Origin: Octopus sinensis
Lineage: Eukaryota
Length of the DNA stretch: 64,000 bases
Reading direction: 5' to 3'
Assembly (NCBI RefSeq): GCF_006345805.1
Contig: NC_043008.1
Location: 71,238,001-71,302,000 of the forward strand
Part shown: piece by piece, positions 27,868 through 41,148 of the stretch
How positions within the stretch are numbered: the stretch's first letter is position 1
Layout: every line of letters begins with the position of its first letter
Position numbers and translations under genes: made by a program
Notes under the pieces: generated by a model
What the model saw: only the letters and a program-made list of their open reading frames with translations
Databases searched by the model: none
Told to the model about the DNA's origin: nothing

Positions 27868-28101
27868 GAAGACAGACAGACAGACAGTCAAAGAGACTTA
27901 TAGACAGATATAAACTGACACACAGAGATTTTAAACCGGCGCCAAAGATTCGGTTGTCTCAGGTTCATCAGAGTACAAGAGTTAATTTTGTGTACAATAT
28001 GTGTGTACAATAATGTATTCAGTTTTATATTATATTTTGAAGCATAAATGAATATACACATGCACACATTCATACACTTATACATACACGCATACATTTT
28101 A

Positions 28102-28179
<78 letters not shown>

Positions 28180-29980
28180 CATATATGTATGTATATAAAA
28201 CTCCGCATAAAACAAATGATATATATGTGTATGTATGTGAGTTTCTGGAAAAATCGTGCCCCTCTGAGGCGACCGACAGGGCTCAATCAAGTAGAAGCCA
28301 TCTTGAATTTGTCTCACGTCACTCAGTTTTCTAAACACTGATGAAATGGATGTATCTTACAAGCGCACGAAGATTGAAGGCATATGGTACTGAGTTAAAA
28401 TATATGTAACCACACCAAATCTGGTGAGTGCCACTTTTCTTTCATTTGTCCCGTCATTCGTGCACACACAATTTTCAAAATACTTATACATGCCTACTCA
28501 TATATAATTATGCATATGTATCACTGTGTGGGCGCGAGCATTTGTGCATACGTATTTAATCGCATGACGGATTCTCTCTTATCGATTTTTATGCATGAAT
28601 TTCCCAATGCTCAGTCAGTTACCTGATACATGTATCTACGTTGAAGCATGAAACCAGCTTTGCATCAATAATCAAAGCTTTAATCCTCAAGAATCACAAT
28701 AAAATCAAGAAAATGTTGGTGTTGAGATCGATTTCTCTTTTCTCTGTCTTCAGTCGATTTATCTAACGCCAATACTCAAAATCTTTCAGGACCTGGCATC
28801 ATAATATTTTCCGTATCCATTTTGCTATCGTGTGACGCCTTACACATTATATTATAGATATCTTTGAATTAGATATATCAGTTCCAGTATAGATTTGTGT
28901 CCTGAGAGTCATCGCAGCATTTCAAGCTTGAAATGCTACGAAATCTCTCAGTTGGCTGCATAGAAAAGCACTGGGTAGGGTTTCCTTGCTCTTTCAAATT
29001 CTGTGTCCTTCCTACAAATTATAAATAGATTTAAAAATTGCGCCAGTGCTAGAAATGCCACATTTTTCGAAAGGAGAGGCTTTGTCCGATCAAGGAAATG
29101 AACAATGTAACACAAGTATGGATATAGAAATAACTAACCCTTCTATACGCGGGTGACAGGAAATCCTAACACCAGATCTATTAAACAACCTTAGAAGAGT
29201 ACATCGCGGTACACATTAAATATTATTTTCAAAAGATTTTCTCCAGTATCAACCCCACTCATGAAATTTACTAAAGTGGTCAGTAGCACTGGATAATCTA
29301 TTTATAACCATTCCAATATCTGAAGGATATCCAAGCAGTAAAGCAATTTTACATATTTCTGATTTAGGGATTTTAATTTTATGCGATTTGTTTGGTACAT
29401 ATAAGCAGGTTGATAACGTTTAATCAATTTCTTTCTTTGCAGTCGACGTCAGGTTGTCAATTGTTTCCGTTTTCTTTAAGTTTATGGTGTGTTGGAATCT
29501 TTCGATCTGTGCAAGAAACATCTTGGCATTAATTCAGCTTCTTCAAATAGTATACATTTGTTACATTAACAATATATAAAATATAATTTTTTAGGTGTTG
29601 TTTTCGCCAAAAATCTTTGGTGATTTCTCTTGTACTAAATACAAATCAGACTCACTAGTCAATGTCTGTAAAAGAATGGTGAATCCTAACTCATAAATAT
29701 AAAATAGATGGCATAGGAGGCAATACAATGATGATTAGTGCCGTTATGTTCTCTACTAGATTCATATACATCCCCGCCTGAGATAACTTCATCAATCATA
29801 TCACCCCGTAATGTATTAATAACATTTAGCATGTTAACCGCTCCTCATAGATGGTTAATACTATTAATATTGTTTATGCAGTATGAGTAAACACTCTACC
29901 TAGGATAAGACTATCAGGAAAGAAAGAAAGATAATGTTTATCGCAAATTACTTTGTGTATGTTATTTTTCAAATCAGCTT

Positions 29981-30182
29981 TACATTATTTATATTATTTA
30001 CAATTTACGGATATTTGTCCTCATCTTGTTTGTTGTTAACACAACCTTTCGGCTGATATACCCTCCAGCCTTCATCAGCCGAAACGTTGTGTTAACAACA
30101 AACAAGATGAGGACAAATATCCGTCAATTGTAAATAATGTAAATAATGTACATAATTCCTCATCTCTTAAATATAGAACTGT
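29981..30182. mobile_element. PLE terminus in fold-back configuration with an HHR core
   Basis: ~77-bp inverted arms (29981-30057 and 30074-30149). Minus strand CUGAUGA-A-GGCUG...CAGCC-GAAA. Confidence 0.75.
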
Positions 30183-30940
30183 GTTAACCCAAGTTTGATT
30201 GGAAAGTTCATGGCCACTTTGTCACATATTAATTGAAACCTTTCTAATAATTAAGAATAGAGTTCTCTTCTTCCTTTTAGGTTTCACAGACGCTATTAGT
30301 TTTGAACTTCATTATACTAGACTTGCTGATTATTTAACTATTACTCTAAACTGTCACATAGTCGTCTTTCTAATTTTGTCGAATCTCAGTGTTTCCGTTG
30401 AGCTATCAACACATCACAGCATTTAGATGCAATGTGCAGAATATGATTGATCTAAAAATAGTTAATTTCCAAGCTGATGTCGTTGAATGCTTACGATGAG
30501 GCTACAAATGTATTTTTGTAAGGAAGCAATATATGTTGTTTCTCTTAAGCATATCCGACATTTTTCAACATTTTCTGAAATATATACATTTGTCAGTGTT
30601 ATGAAGGGCTCACGTTTTCTGTCCTTAGCCTGGAGTGTCTTGACATTTATGCATTTAGGAACTTTGACTTTTTGATTTCGCTGTTTTCTCAAAGCAGTGA
30701 AAAATAGTTTGCTGCGCAGTTACAAAGAACGGTCCAACAACCAACTAAATGTATGGAGTACAAGTGAAATAAAAAATGATTTTATCCGTTTTCTGTTGAT
30801 TATGTAGCCAATTAATGATAGTCCATAGACAGAATGCGTAAATCTCTATCTATCTATCTGCCTGTCTGTCGGTCTGTCTCGCTATCAACTCCTCTCTTTC
30901 TTCCTTTCTCGCTCAGTTTTTCGTTTTATATATATATATA

Positions 30941-31026
<86 letters not shown>

Positions 31027-31159
31027 AATATATATACATATATATATGTATATGTATATATAAATACATTCATACATTCATATCTGTGTGTATATGTGTG
31101 TCAGTGTATTATTTTTAGTTGATTTCCCGATCTTTATATTTCTTTGAAAGAGAAAAAGG

Positions 31160-31565
31160 ACTACATTTTTCAGCGCAGCCTGTTGCTATTGATTCTGCCT
31201 ACACTCTGCTTGCCATTTGCTTCAATACAAAGAGAATTGAAACCAACCCTGGCATTAAAGCCAACAAATAATACGACGTTGACATTTGAAGGGCCTTCTT
31301 AGATGTCAGAAGGGAAGCTATTACAGAAGGTGTCTTTGTCATATCTATTGTATGACATTGTTAGAGTTTTCGGAGTTTATTCTGTACGGAGTTCTCACCC
31401 TTAAATTTATTTTTAGTGTCATAATGGAATCTTTTTAAATTCAAGGAAGTATGACAATTGTTTACTAATGGCTGTCGTTATAGCGAACCCAACAACAGAT
31501 GATTTAGTTTCAGTTGCTTTCTTGCCTATACAATAAATTTCCTATTTCTTCCACTTGACCTGCAA
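31160..31565 (-). pseudogene. Degenerate RTE apurinic endonuclease fragment
   Basis: IGKKATETKSSVVGFAI...DSIMTLKINL and VLFVGFNARVG...VGRINSN, with stops and frameshifts. Confidence 0.7.
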
Positions 31566-31898
31566 TAAAATAAAAGTTTGTTAGGAGCGATGTGAATCCT
31601 GTGTTTGTTAAAATCCTTTGAGGTTAGAGCGGTTTTCCCCCGAAAACAATGAATACTACTCTGTAGGGATCGCACAGTCCAAAAATATACACATGAGCAT
31701 ATATATAAATTATTAAGGTGGCTATTCGCAATTTACAAACGAAATTCAACAAGTATAGTCGTCACAAACGTCAGCACTAAATTACTAGGAATAAGAGTCA
31801 AAACAACTCTTAGCCACATGAAAGCACTTTCCTAAAGGCTGACAAGGGAGACAAGCTCCCTACGACAAGCGAGATGGAGTCAAATATGTGTGTAAATA

Positions 31899-32006
<108 letters not shown>

Positions 32007-32012
32007 ATATAT

Positions 32013-32120
32013 ACTGTGTATATAATTACGTGTACATACGTGTTTATCATTATATATAATATATATATATATACATATATCTACTGTGTATATAATTACG
32101 TGTACATACGTGTTTATCAT

Positions 32121-32130
<10 letters not shown>
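32013..32130 (+). repeat. Two copies of a ~50-bp unit inside a TA microsatellite
   Basis: TACTGTGTATATAATTACGTGTACATACGTGTTTATCATTATA occurs twice. Confidence 0.9.
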
Positions 32131-32153
<23 letters not shown>

Positions 32154-35100
32154 CCTACATACGCACAAACGCACACACTCACATACAAACTCAAACACAC
32201 GCACATATAATTGCATATTATACTATCATATATGTACGTACCCGTAGACATATATACCTATTTACGTGTAAACACTATGATCAATTCTCTAAAGTCAGAC
32301 ATATTTTTTTGATGATGATAAAAAATATACTTGATCTAAAAATTACACCAACCCAATTCCCAGTAGCCAAAGACATAAAATATGAAATTAGCAATTTTTT
32401 AATCACAAGTATGTAACGCACATAAAAACATTGCTACATTATTTAAATAAAGCTAACCAACACAATACCTCACCAAGTTACTACAAAAAAACTCATTCTT
32501 GTCCAGACATCACCTTCCGTCACACATTCCGAAGTACCACCATATGATATTACATGATATCTCCCCCTCCCCTGATTATCATCCCGTCATCATTTATTAT
32601 AATATAATCACATGGCACTGAACAAAGCAAACCCATTTTTGAAAAAAACATCTAAAACACTGAAACCTGTTCAACCAGGAAGCAAAAATCAAAACCAGCA
32701 TAATTCAATAACGTGGCCATTATCAGCATCATACATCCTGTAATGAGATACAGAAAGGAAATAATTACAGACGCATCCACAAAAAAAAAGATATCTAAAT
32801 GCCAACATAGACAAATGTAACGCCAATTCTACAACAGATTTAACCAGTCTGATGAAGAAGATAAAAAACAGGCAAACTCAGGATCATCTCAAACACGATC
32901 ACCAACCGCCCCCATCACACACACAGACGCACACGCGCGTACACGGATACACACACCACATAACTGAGTGTAAAACAAATAAACATTGAAGTAACAAAGA
33001 AAATAAATTATAAAATACAAAGCTGTCAAATATTTTCATGCATCGTAAATCACAAAATAACTGTAAAGCACTAAGTACAATCCCCATCCCTCCTCCTCCT
33101 CCTTTTCCCCATCTCCCCTCCTCCTCCTTCTCCTCCGTTTCCTCCTCCTTCTTCTCATCATCATCATCAATCACGACAACAGCAGCAACAATAATAATGG
33201 TAAAATGAGGGAGTGCCTACATTAACAGCAGTAACAGCTAAGCACATCCCAATACCTTCCTCAACTGCTGACACATAATTCAAGCTTTCCAAACAATGCT
33301 GGAAAACGAACTTCCGAATACGAGAAGAACACAAAACTTAAATCATTTGTTTCACTATACATTGAGTCTTCTACGAGGCTTCCAAACAACGGAAAATTTA
33401 ACAACTTAAATCCATGTCATATAGGACCCATCAATACTTATTCTACTGATGCCAATATTATCGATTACCCAGATTCTGGAAACTGGGGGAAAATCACAAC
33501 AATTTTATACTGAAACCAAAGGCAAAAAAGCATCAAATGAACCCATCACTACGCTAAAATATGCATCCTTAAATATTTTAGACACCACTAAGTCAAAAAT
33601 TTATTTCTTCCCACTACTTGATCATAGCTAAGGCGGAATAATAGAATGACAAATAAATCAATTAGTAAGTTCAAGGTTTGACTTTAATTAAACAAACTCT
33701 TTCATGTAACAACATAACCATTAATTATTTTCCCTCTATCAGAATATGATAATTATCTATAACTGAATATATTCTTATATACAATATAAAGCATCGGAGA
33801 CGCAAAACAAATATTTTGTTTTAATCGAATATTTCGATTTTTCAAGTGGCGGGGATTGGAAAGCCCCATTTATTTTGCAAAGGTAACTGTATAAATTTAG
33901 GTTACAATGTGTTAGTCGAGTGGTATATCTGCTGCTCCAGTTCTTCATGCAACTATAATTCCGAACACCAAATCGTTTGGATATCGATTGGAACCCTGCG
34001 TCAACAGTGAATCCTTATTATACTATTGTGTTGTGTGTAGTTCCATTTTTTCTCGTTACAAATCAACAAAACTGTATATATTCTAAGAATCCTATCAAAA
34101 TTGGTCATCGATCATCTCGGGTCAAGCTGGAATTTGATACGTAGCCAAATATATGATTCATTTAGTTTGATACGTGATATGGCTTGCGTGCCAAAGCCAA
34201 CATCACTACCACATCATGTTAAACCCAATACACTCATAAAGCCGTCTATAGCGACCAGAAAGAAAAATTCTTCTTTCCCTAAGTTCATTGATGTATATTC
34301 AGCGATTTTCGGTCAAGTTCACAAAACTAGAAACACGAAATGCGTATTCTAAACAATGGCAAGGAGACATGGAAAAGTGAGAATAAGCATAATGAAGATT
34401 ATACAAAATAATACACATCAGATATTGTTGTGTGGTTAAGAAGCTCAATTTGCAATCACCAGGTTCCGGGGTCAGTTTTACTCCCTCGGCACCTTGGGTA
34501 AGTGTCTTATTCTACAGCTTCGAGCTGGCCATCGATAGTGAGTGAATTTGGTAGACTGAAAGTGAGGATTAGTACCGTACGTGTCTACCTGTGAGTGTAA
34601 GGTGATGCGCATGTGCATGTAAAGGTGTGTATGTGTGTGTGAAGTTGCATGTGTGTGTATGTGTGTATGTGTGAATGTGTGTTTTACCCGATCAACCGTT
34701 TGAAAATTAGTGTTGGCTTGTTTACTTCCCCCTACAATAGCGTATCGACAAAAGAGAGTAATAGAATACGTACCACATTTTAAAAGATAAGTGCTATATT
34801 TATTATGAATACATAACATATTTATATCGTAGTAACATTTCGAACTGTTTCCTTTCCTTTCGTCGTCAGGTAACTTTGTAGTAAATGCTTAGAAATTTCC
34901 AGATGAGACACGAAACAAAGCCTTTCTTTTCACCCACGACCTGTGGTCATGCTGGGGGTACACACTTTAGTGTGATTGCTAATTTATTTCAAACTCACTT
35001 CTCGGTAACTCTTTCCGTATTTGGTTCTGGTGAAGCTGTTAGCTGATAACTCACTAAAATAACTTTAATAAACAAACGTTCCGCCAAGTATTTCGAAGTA

Positions 35101-35794
35101 TCACAGTATATTACAAAGAAAGACTACATGCGAAAGTATACAACTTCTGAACATAAATATAGACAAACCTGGGGTTCATGTAAAAGCAAAATTTCACTTC
35201 GTATGAGTGATTTGATTTAAAAGCAAAGTTTACCTGCATATGAGTGAGATGATCAAACAAATAAGTTTCATGCGCGTTAGACAAGCTGTTTATAGATATT
35301 TCTGGTTCAAGGAAAACTTTTATTGATACAGGTAAGTCCCACATTACAGTTAAACATTCTGCGTTTAGCAAGTTTTCATGAGGCCTTCTCTGCCGCCTAC
35401 ACACTGTTAAACATGAACTTTGACATTAAATGCAATGCTAGTGCAATCAACATTTACTAAATGTCACATCCGATTACTGTTTAGTTCTGACATTTTTCTT
35501 ATAAAATTTCTTTCAATTTACCAATTGATCAATACTTTTTCTTCAATTGATTAAAACAAAATTTCAAAATATTTGAAAACACAGATTAAACAACCACACA
35601 ATATATACATACACACAATATATACACAGACACAGACACAAGCATATATTCATATATACACACATGCACACACATGAATATATGTATATGTGTTTGTTCG
35701 TGCAGGTATGTGTATTTATATGAATATTTATGTGTATGTATAGGTTTCGTGATACGAGTAGGAAAATAGAATTGAAATATTGAGTATATATGTA

Positions 35795-36180
35795 CGTTAT
35801 GGACTCTCCCATCGTCAGACGACGCATGAGAGTTCGGCAAGAAATTGCCGAAAACCACACATGATTTGCTTATAGTGATCAAATGTTTGTGTACACATAA
35901 AATCACTACCTCAATCAAATCGACATTATCTTTCAGGTATACCATGTGCCACGTATCACTTGACTGAAATGATCGCAGAGCAACGAGAAATAAAGTTCTT
36001 CGTTTAAGAACACAACGGAACGCCCGGTCTGAGTATCGAAACCACGTTTGTGTAATCATGAGTGCAACACCCTAAACACATAGCCATGTGCTATCAGTCT
36101 CTTTTGCCAAACCACTAAGTTACGGGAACGTAAACACACCAACATCGATTGTCAAGCGATGGCGAATGATAAACACAAGC
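35795..36180 (-). mobile_element. SINE fragments
   Basis: Minus strand GTTTCGATACTCAGACCGGGCGTT head-like segment, plus a second SINE tail ending at TTTTGCCAAACCACTAAGTTACGGG. Confidence 0.6.
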
Positions 36181-36808
36181 AAGCTTCTTAGCACAAAGCC
36201 ACATATTGGTTTTCAGCATTAGCCGAATGATCTGCAAAAATGATTTGCTTATAGAGGTGAAATGTATGTACACTGCCTCCATTGAAATTGACGTTGTCTG
36301 AAACGGGCGCACAGGTGTGCAACGTATCAAATGTCGAAGTGATCGCAAAAAGACGTGAGATAAAATATTTTGTTCAAGAACACATTGTACATACCATCCG
36401 ATCGAGGCACTGAAATAACGACCTCGCGATCGTGAGTGTAAAAATCAGAAAACTGGACCATGCGTTTTCATATACATATACACACGCACATGCGCACGCG
36501 CGCACACACACGCTTACAATTTGCAGGAGTGAAATAGTGAAATCACTGTTCGCCAAACTGTTGCGCTGGCACCTATTAAACTAAATCCAAATTATGGGGA
36601 TTATATATATATATATATATATATATAAGCCAACTTACATAATGAATTTCTCTATTTGGTGTAGAATAAATTATAAAATTTATTACAGGGCATTAGAATA
36701 AGGCATATTAAGAATTCAATAAATGAACATAAAGAAAGAGGAAGATGTATATACCTGCATATGTATGCACTTACATAAGCAAATGTTACATATATATGTA
36801 TGTTACCT

Positions 36809-36879
<71 letters not shown>

Positions 36880-37166
36880 TATATATATATATGTATATAT
36901 ATGTTTATATATGTGTGTATGTATATATATATAATACTCAAGAACACTTACACAGACACGCGCATACATACACATATTTACGCTAGTATATGCATAAATA
37001 TCCGTGGAGCAATTTCAATATCATATGAAATGAAGGAAAAATATAATTACTATCATATAAATTTACGAACCGTTAGTCCTACGGTTATATTAATAACAAC
37101 ATTTAGGATAAAATGATAATGATAAAATGTGGACGTGCTTCATTATATTTATATACATACATACTT

Positions 37167-37216
<50 letters not shown>

Positions 37217-37297
37217 TCGTGTGTGTGCGCGCATGTCTGTATAAAATTATATATATTGTTTGTGTGTGTATATATATATAAATCTGTACGTGTCTAT

Positions 37298-37342
<45 letters not shown>

Positions 37343-38449
37343 TTCTCATGTCGGAAACAGCCTTTGCAATGAATATTAAATTGCACATCCAACTTAACGT
37401 GGGTGTGCCGTTTTCAAAGGCTATATGCCGTGACAATCCTCTTGAGAGATTGTCTCATATAAACTTTAAGTGCTAAAAAGCACAAACTATATCAGTTGTT
37501 GAAATTAGGTCAGCTCCGATAGAGGAAACCTTTCTATCACTTGATTTCAGCGTAGTTTGCATAACCTATGCATATGAAAGCGCAAGAGTATGCAACTTTA
37601 TTATGAACTGCTACATACAGCATGCATGTATACATATATGTGCGTCACATTATGTATAGGTGTGTGTCACATTATGTATAAGTGTGTGTCACATAAAGGA
37701 TATGTTTTGCTAAACACACATTCTCTACGATAGTTCGTTCAGGGAATGTCCCTTTGGAGAAACTGGTGTGTGTGAAAAGCACAGTGTCATTCAAATTCAC
37801 GTGAAACGAATCTACCCGGACGTGAATATCGATATTTTGTTCCCTCGAGACGAATTAAAATCGATGGCTCGAAGAATATACAGATAGAGTAAAATCTATC
37901 TCACCGATGTTCAATAACGCCTCGCAAGCAAAACAAAATTTTAACTTTGATTTAGAATCAGTTCTATAGTTTCGAAAATATCGATGTCATATGCTTAATG
38001 TAAATGGTTTGTTAAACACTTGTTGGTATTTTAGAGCTGTTTCTAACGAAAAATATATAATTTGTTTCATTGTTGCAGTGCTGTTGGGCATTATTTATGG
38101 CTTCTGAGCAACAGCCACCCTACTACCGAATACTAGATCGAAATACTGTGAAACTGATGCAGTTTAGCAGTGACTAAAAAAACAATGAGTAAAAAGCTAG
38201 CTGATGGAGTGTAAATTAGCTACAACAGATAGAAACTGCTTTCATACCAAGTATTATTTTGCACATCTAAACTCAATTGGCATTCGGTGGTATGGTGCCC
38301 CTTCTACGGAGATGACCTATTTGCAGCTACTGATATAGTTTGTGCTTTTTAGCATTTTGAGTTAATATGAGAAAATTTCTCAAGAGGATACATACATATA
38401 TAACATACATATATACACAACAACCGCATAAAAAGCTAATTGGACTTCT

Positions 38450-39410
38450 CTACCCAATTTTCTGCGCGCATTTGTATGAATTATTCTGACTCCAAATCTT
38501 CAGTTTTGACAAAACATCTTTGTGCCCTCTTTATATATCTAATAATGAAGGACTTGACAATACAGCTTCTATAATAAGATGACAATTACAAGTATCTTGG
38601 AGAAGATGAGAATCTCAGATATGATTGACCTATAAGTTAGAAGAGGACCAGGAATGAATACATCAAGAGAGTAAAGAAAATATTTTCATCACATTTCTCA
38701 AAGAGCAGCACGTGTACTGCACAGAATACTTTTGCAATGCCTATCCTAACGTCTGCGTTTGGCCTTCTGAACCGCTTACTACAAGAACTAGATGTGATAG
38801 ATGTCCGAACACGCAGGTTGCTCTGAGTTAAAGCAAAAATCAGATTCAGCACTCCTGGAGATGTGGACAGGTTATACTTCAATCGCAACGATACCAGCCG
38901 TGGTCTTAAATCTGTATTGTCATACGAAGTGCGTATCGTGACAGGGAAACAACATCTGCTGCAGAAGAAAGAGACCAGAGACTATATTTTCTAATTTTGT
39001 GACCATGAAATCAACAACATAATTAGGCTAGATAATAAACTTGAGTAGAGGTATGAACTAAGAAGTGATGCCAATTCCAGCCAAAGGATGATTGGTAAAA
39101 TGCATTTATCAGAGGAAAACGTTAAAAAAATGGACCATCTCACTGAGAAGATAATAAAATGTACTTGCCCCGAAAGACATAACTCGTAGAAGGAATAAAT
39201 CATGTCAAAAGATTATGACATTTCACTTCAAAAGCTACCTCCTTGCAATTCAAGAACAAGAGATCCCAGCGAGTACTTAGAGCATAAAATGTCAAAAAGC
39301 CTTGCCAGATAGCTAGTGTAGGTTGTGCAAGACGAAGATTCTGGACATCAACCATATTATTACCAAATGCTAGAGAATGATTTGACGACATTATTTCTCA
39401 CGAGGCAAGT
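38450..39410 (+). pseudogene. Heavily degenerate R4/Dong-like LINE fragment
   Basis: NYKYLGEDE, EYIKRVKKI, NTFAMPIL, DVRTRRLL, DVDRLYF, SYLLAIQEQEI and CRLCKTKILDINHIITKC, with stops. Confidence 0.75.
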
Positions 39411-39500
39411 TGCAGTAGCCAGGACAGTTACAAACAGGAAAACAAACATGAAAAGACCAACAGATATTGGTTATATATACATACACACACACGCACACAC

Positions 39501-39532
<32 letters not shown>

Positions 39533-39558
39533 CATGTGTGTGTGTGTATTTGTAAATA

Positions 39559-39612
<54 letters not shown>

Positions 39613-39617
<5 letters not shown>

Positions 39618-40300
39618 GTTCGGTTTGTCCTTACACAGAGGCCATCCGGATTCCCGTTTGCGCCGTGAACAGGAATTAATCTTCTCTCTTCGCTCTTATA
39701 CGCCATTTGGTCTCAACTCTCCCCCCCTCCTCATCTAACCCCCCTCTCCCCCCTCCTCACCTATCCTTTCTCCCCCCGACCCCTACTTCTTCAGTCCTTC
39801 ATCCTTTCACCCCTACTCCCCTTCCCTTCTTCCCTCTTTCTCCCTCCCTCTTCCCCTTCCCTGCTCCCTCACTCCCTCTCTCCCCTCTCTCTCTCTCCCC
39901 CCTCCTCTTTCCTCCTTCATCCCCCTCCTCACCTTCCTTCTCCCCCATCGTCTCCCCCTCTTCTTCCCCTCCCATTCTCCCCCTCTTCTCCCCCATCCCC
40001 CTCTTCTCCTCACTACACCACATGACTTTACACATCACATCACATATGATGTGCCATACTAATACACACACCAACTAATACATACTAATACGTACTAATA
40101 CATACTAGTACATACTAATACTTACACCAACCCTATACATACACACGTCCAGACCCCGCATACGCACTTATACTCTCTCTCACACACACACACACACCTA
40201 TACATACCAATACGTACTAATACATACTAATACATACTAATACATACACCAACCCCATACATACGCACGTCCAGACCAATCTTACGCACTAATACTCTCT

Positions 40301-40331
<31 letters not shown>

Positions 40332-40710
40332 CCGTATACATACTAATACATACACCAACCCTATACATACACACATCCAGACCCCTCCCACGCACTTTTA
40401 GCTGGTCACTCAACCCTTTTATCAACCCTATTATCTCCCCTTATTTCGCTCTCGCGTCTCATGTTTGATCTTTGACCTCTGGCCGAAATCAGATCGCCAT
40501 GTTGATTCGTTAGCTACTGCACGCATTTTTTTCTCTCCTTCTTTCTGTGTTTTTCTCTCTCTGTGTATCTTTCTGTTGAAGAGCGTAGGCTCGAAACGTT
40601 AAAGACTTGTTTTATTTATATTTCCTGAGCGCCATACTAATACAATTGTTCGTTTGTCTTCCACCTGCCTTCGTCTTTTGTTTATTTTCATAAAGCTTCC
40701 CGTTATATCA
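39613..40710 (+). mobile_element. 5'-truncated Penelope-like element: GIY-YIG C-terminus, low-complexity spacer and HHR-bearing terminus
   Basis: 39613-39738 reads SVFGLSLHRGHPDSRLRREQELIFSLRSYTPFGLNSPPLLI* (RE..I..L....P.GLN motif). Internal ~120-bp repeats at 40076-40400. HHR-like motif at 40568. Confidence 0.75.
40568..40605 (+). ncRNA. Minimal type I HHR-like motif with atypical core
   Basis: UCUUU-CUGUUGA-A-GAGC-GUAG-GCUC-GAA-ACGU-U^AAAGA. Stems I and II pair perfectly, but A6 is U. Confidence 0.55.
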
Positions 40711-40743
40711 TGTGTACCAGATTTTAGAGTACATTAATGCATG

Positions 40744-40746
<3 letters not shown>

Positions 40747-40826
<80 letters not shown>

Positions 40827-40910
40827 AAGAAGAAGAAGAAGAAGAAGAAGAAGAAGATGAAGATGATGATGATGATGATGATGATGAGGAGGAGGAGGAG
40901 GAGGAGGAGA
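40747..40910 (+). repeat. Stepwise compound microsatellite (TAA)n-(GAA)n-(GAT)n-(GAG)n
   Basis: Direct reading. Confidence 0.95.
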
Positions 40911-41065
40911 AAATAAAGGGGTTAAGCCATAAATTATAATTTATTAATTAAAACATTGACAAACATCACTTTTCAAATCCAGACCTTCAGAAAATTAATT
41001 AAATGAAAAATTACTTGAAAGTCGAATCTCTTCAGAGGTAGATAAAGATATACAAAAAAGGTTTT

Positions 41066-41148
41066 CAATTCCTTCATGTTGAGTAAACGGCTGCAAACCG
41101 TTAACTGAGTTAAAGGCTTGCAGCCGTTTACTTAACATGCAGGAATTG
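41066..41148. other. Near-perfect ~82-nt hairpin
   Basis: AATTCCTTCATGTTGAGTAAACGGCTGCAA pairs with TTGCAGCCGTTTACTTAACATGCAGGAATT. Confidence 0.8.

Noticed and set aside
28960-29080. Copia-like ARNATFFE motif
   Set aside because: A single short motif, with no LTR or other domains.
33240-33640. A/C-rich region as a PLE reverse transcriptase
   Set aside because: No catalytic motif found.
39707-40078. Proline-rich ORF
   Set aside because: CT-rich low-complexity spacer inside a PLE relic.
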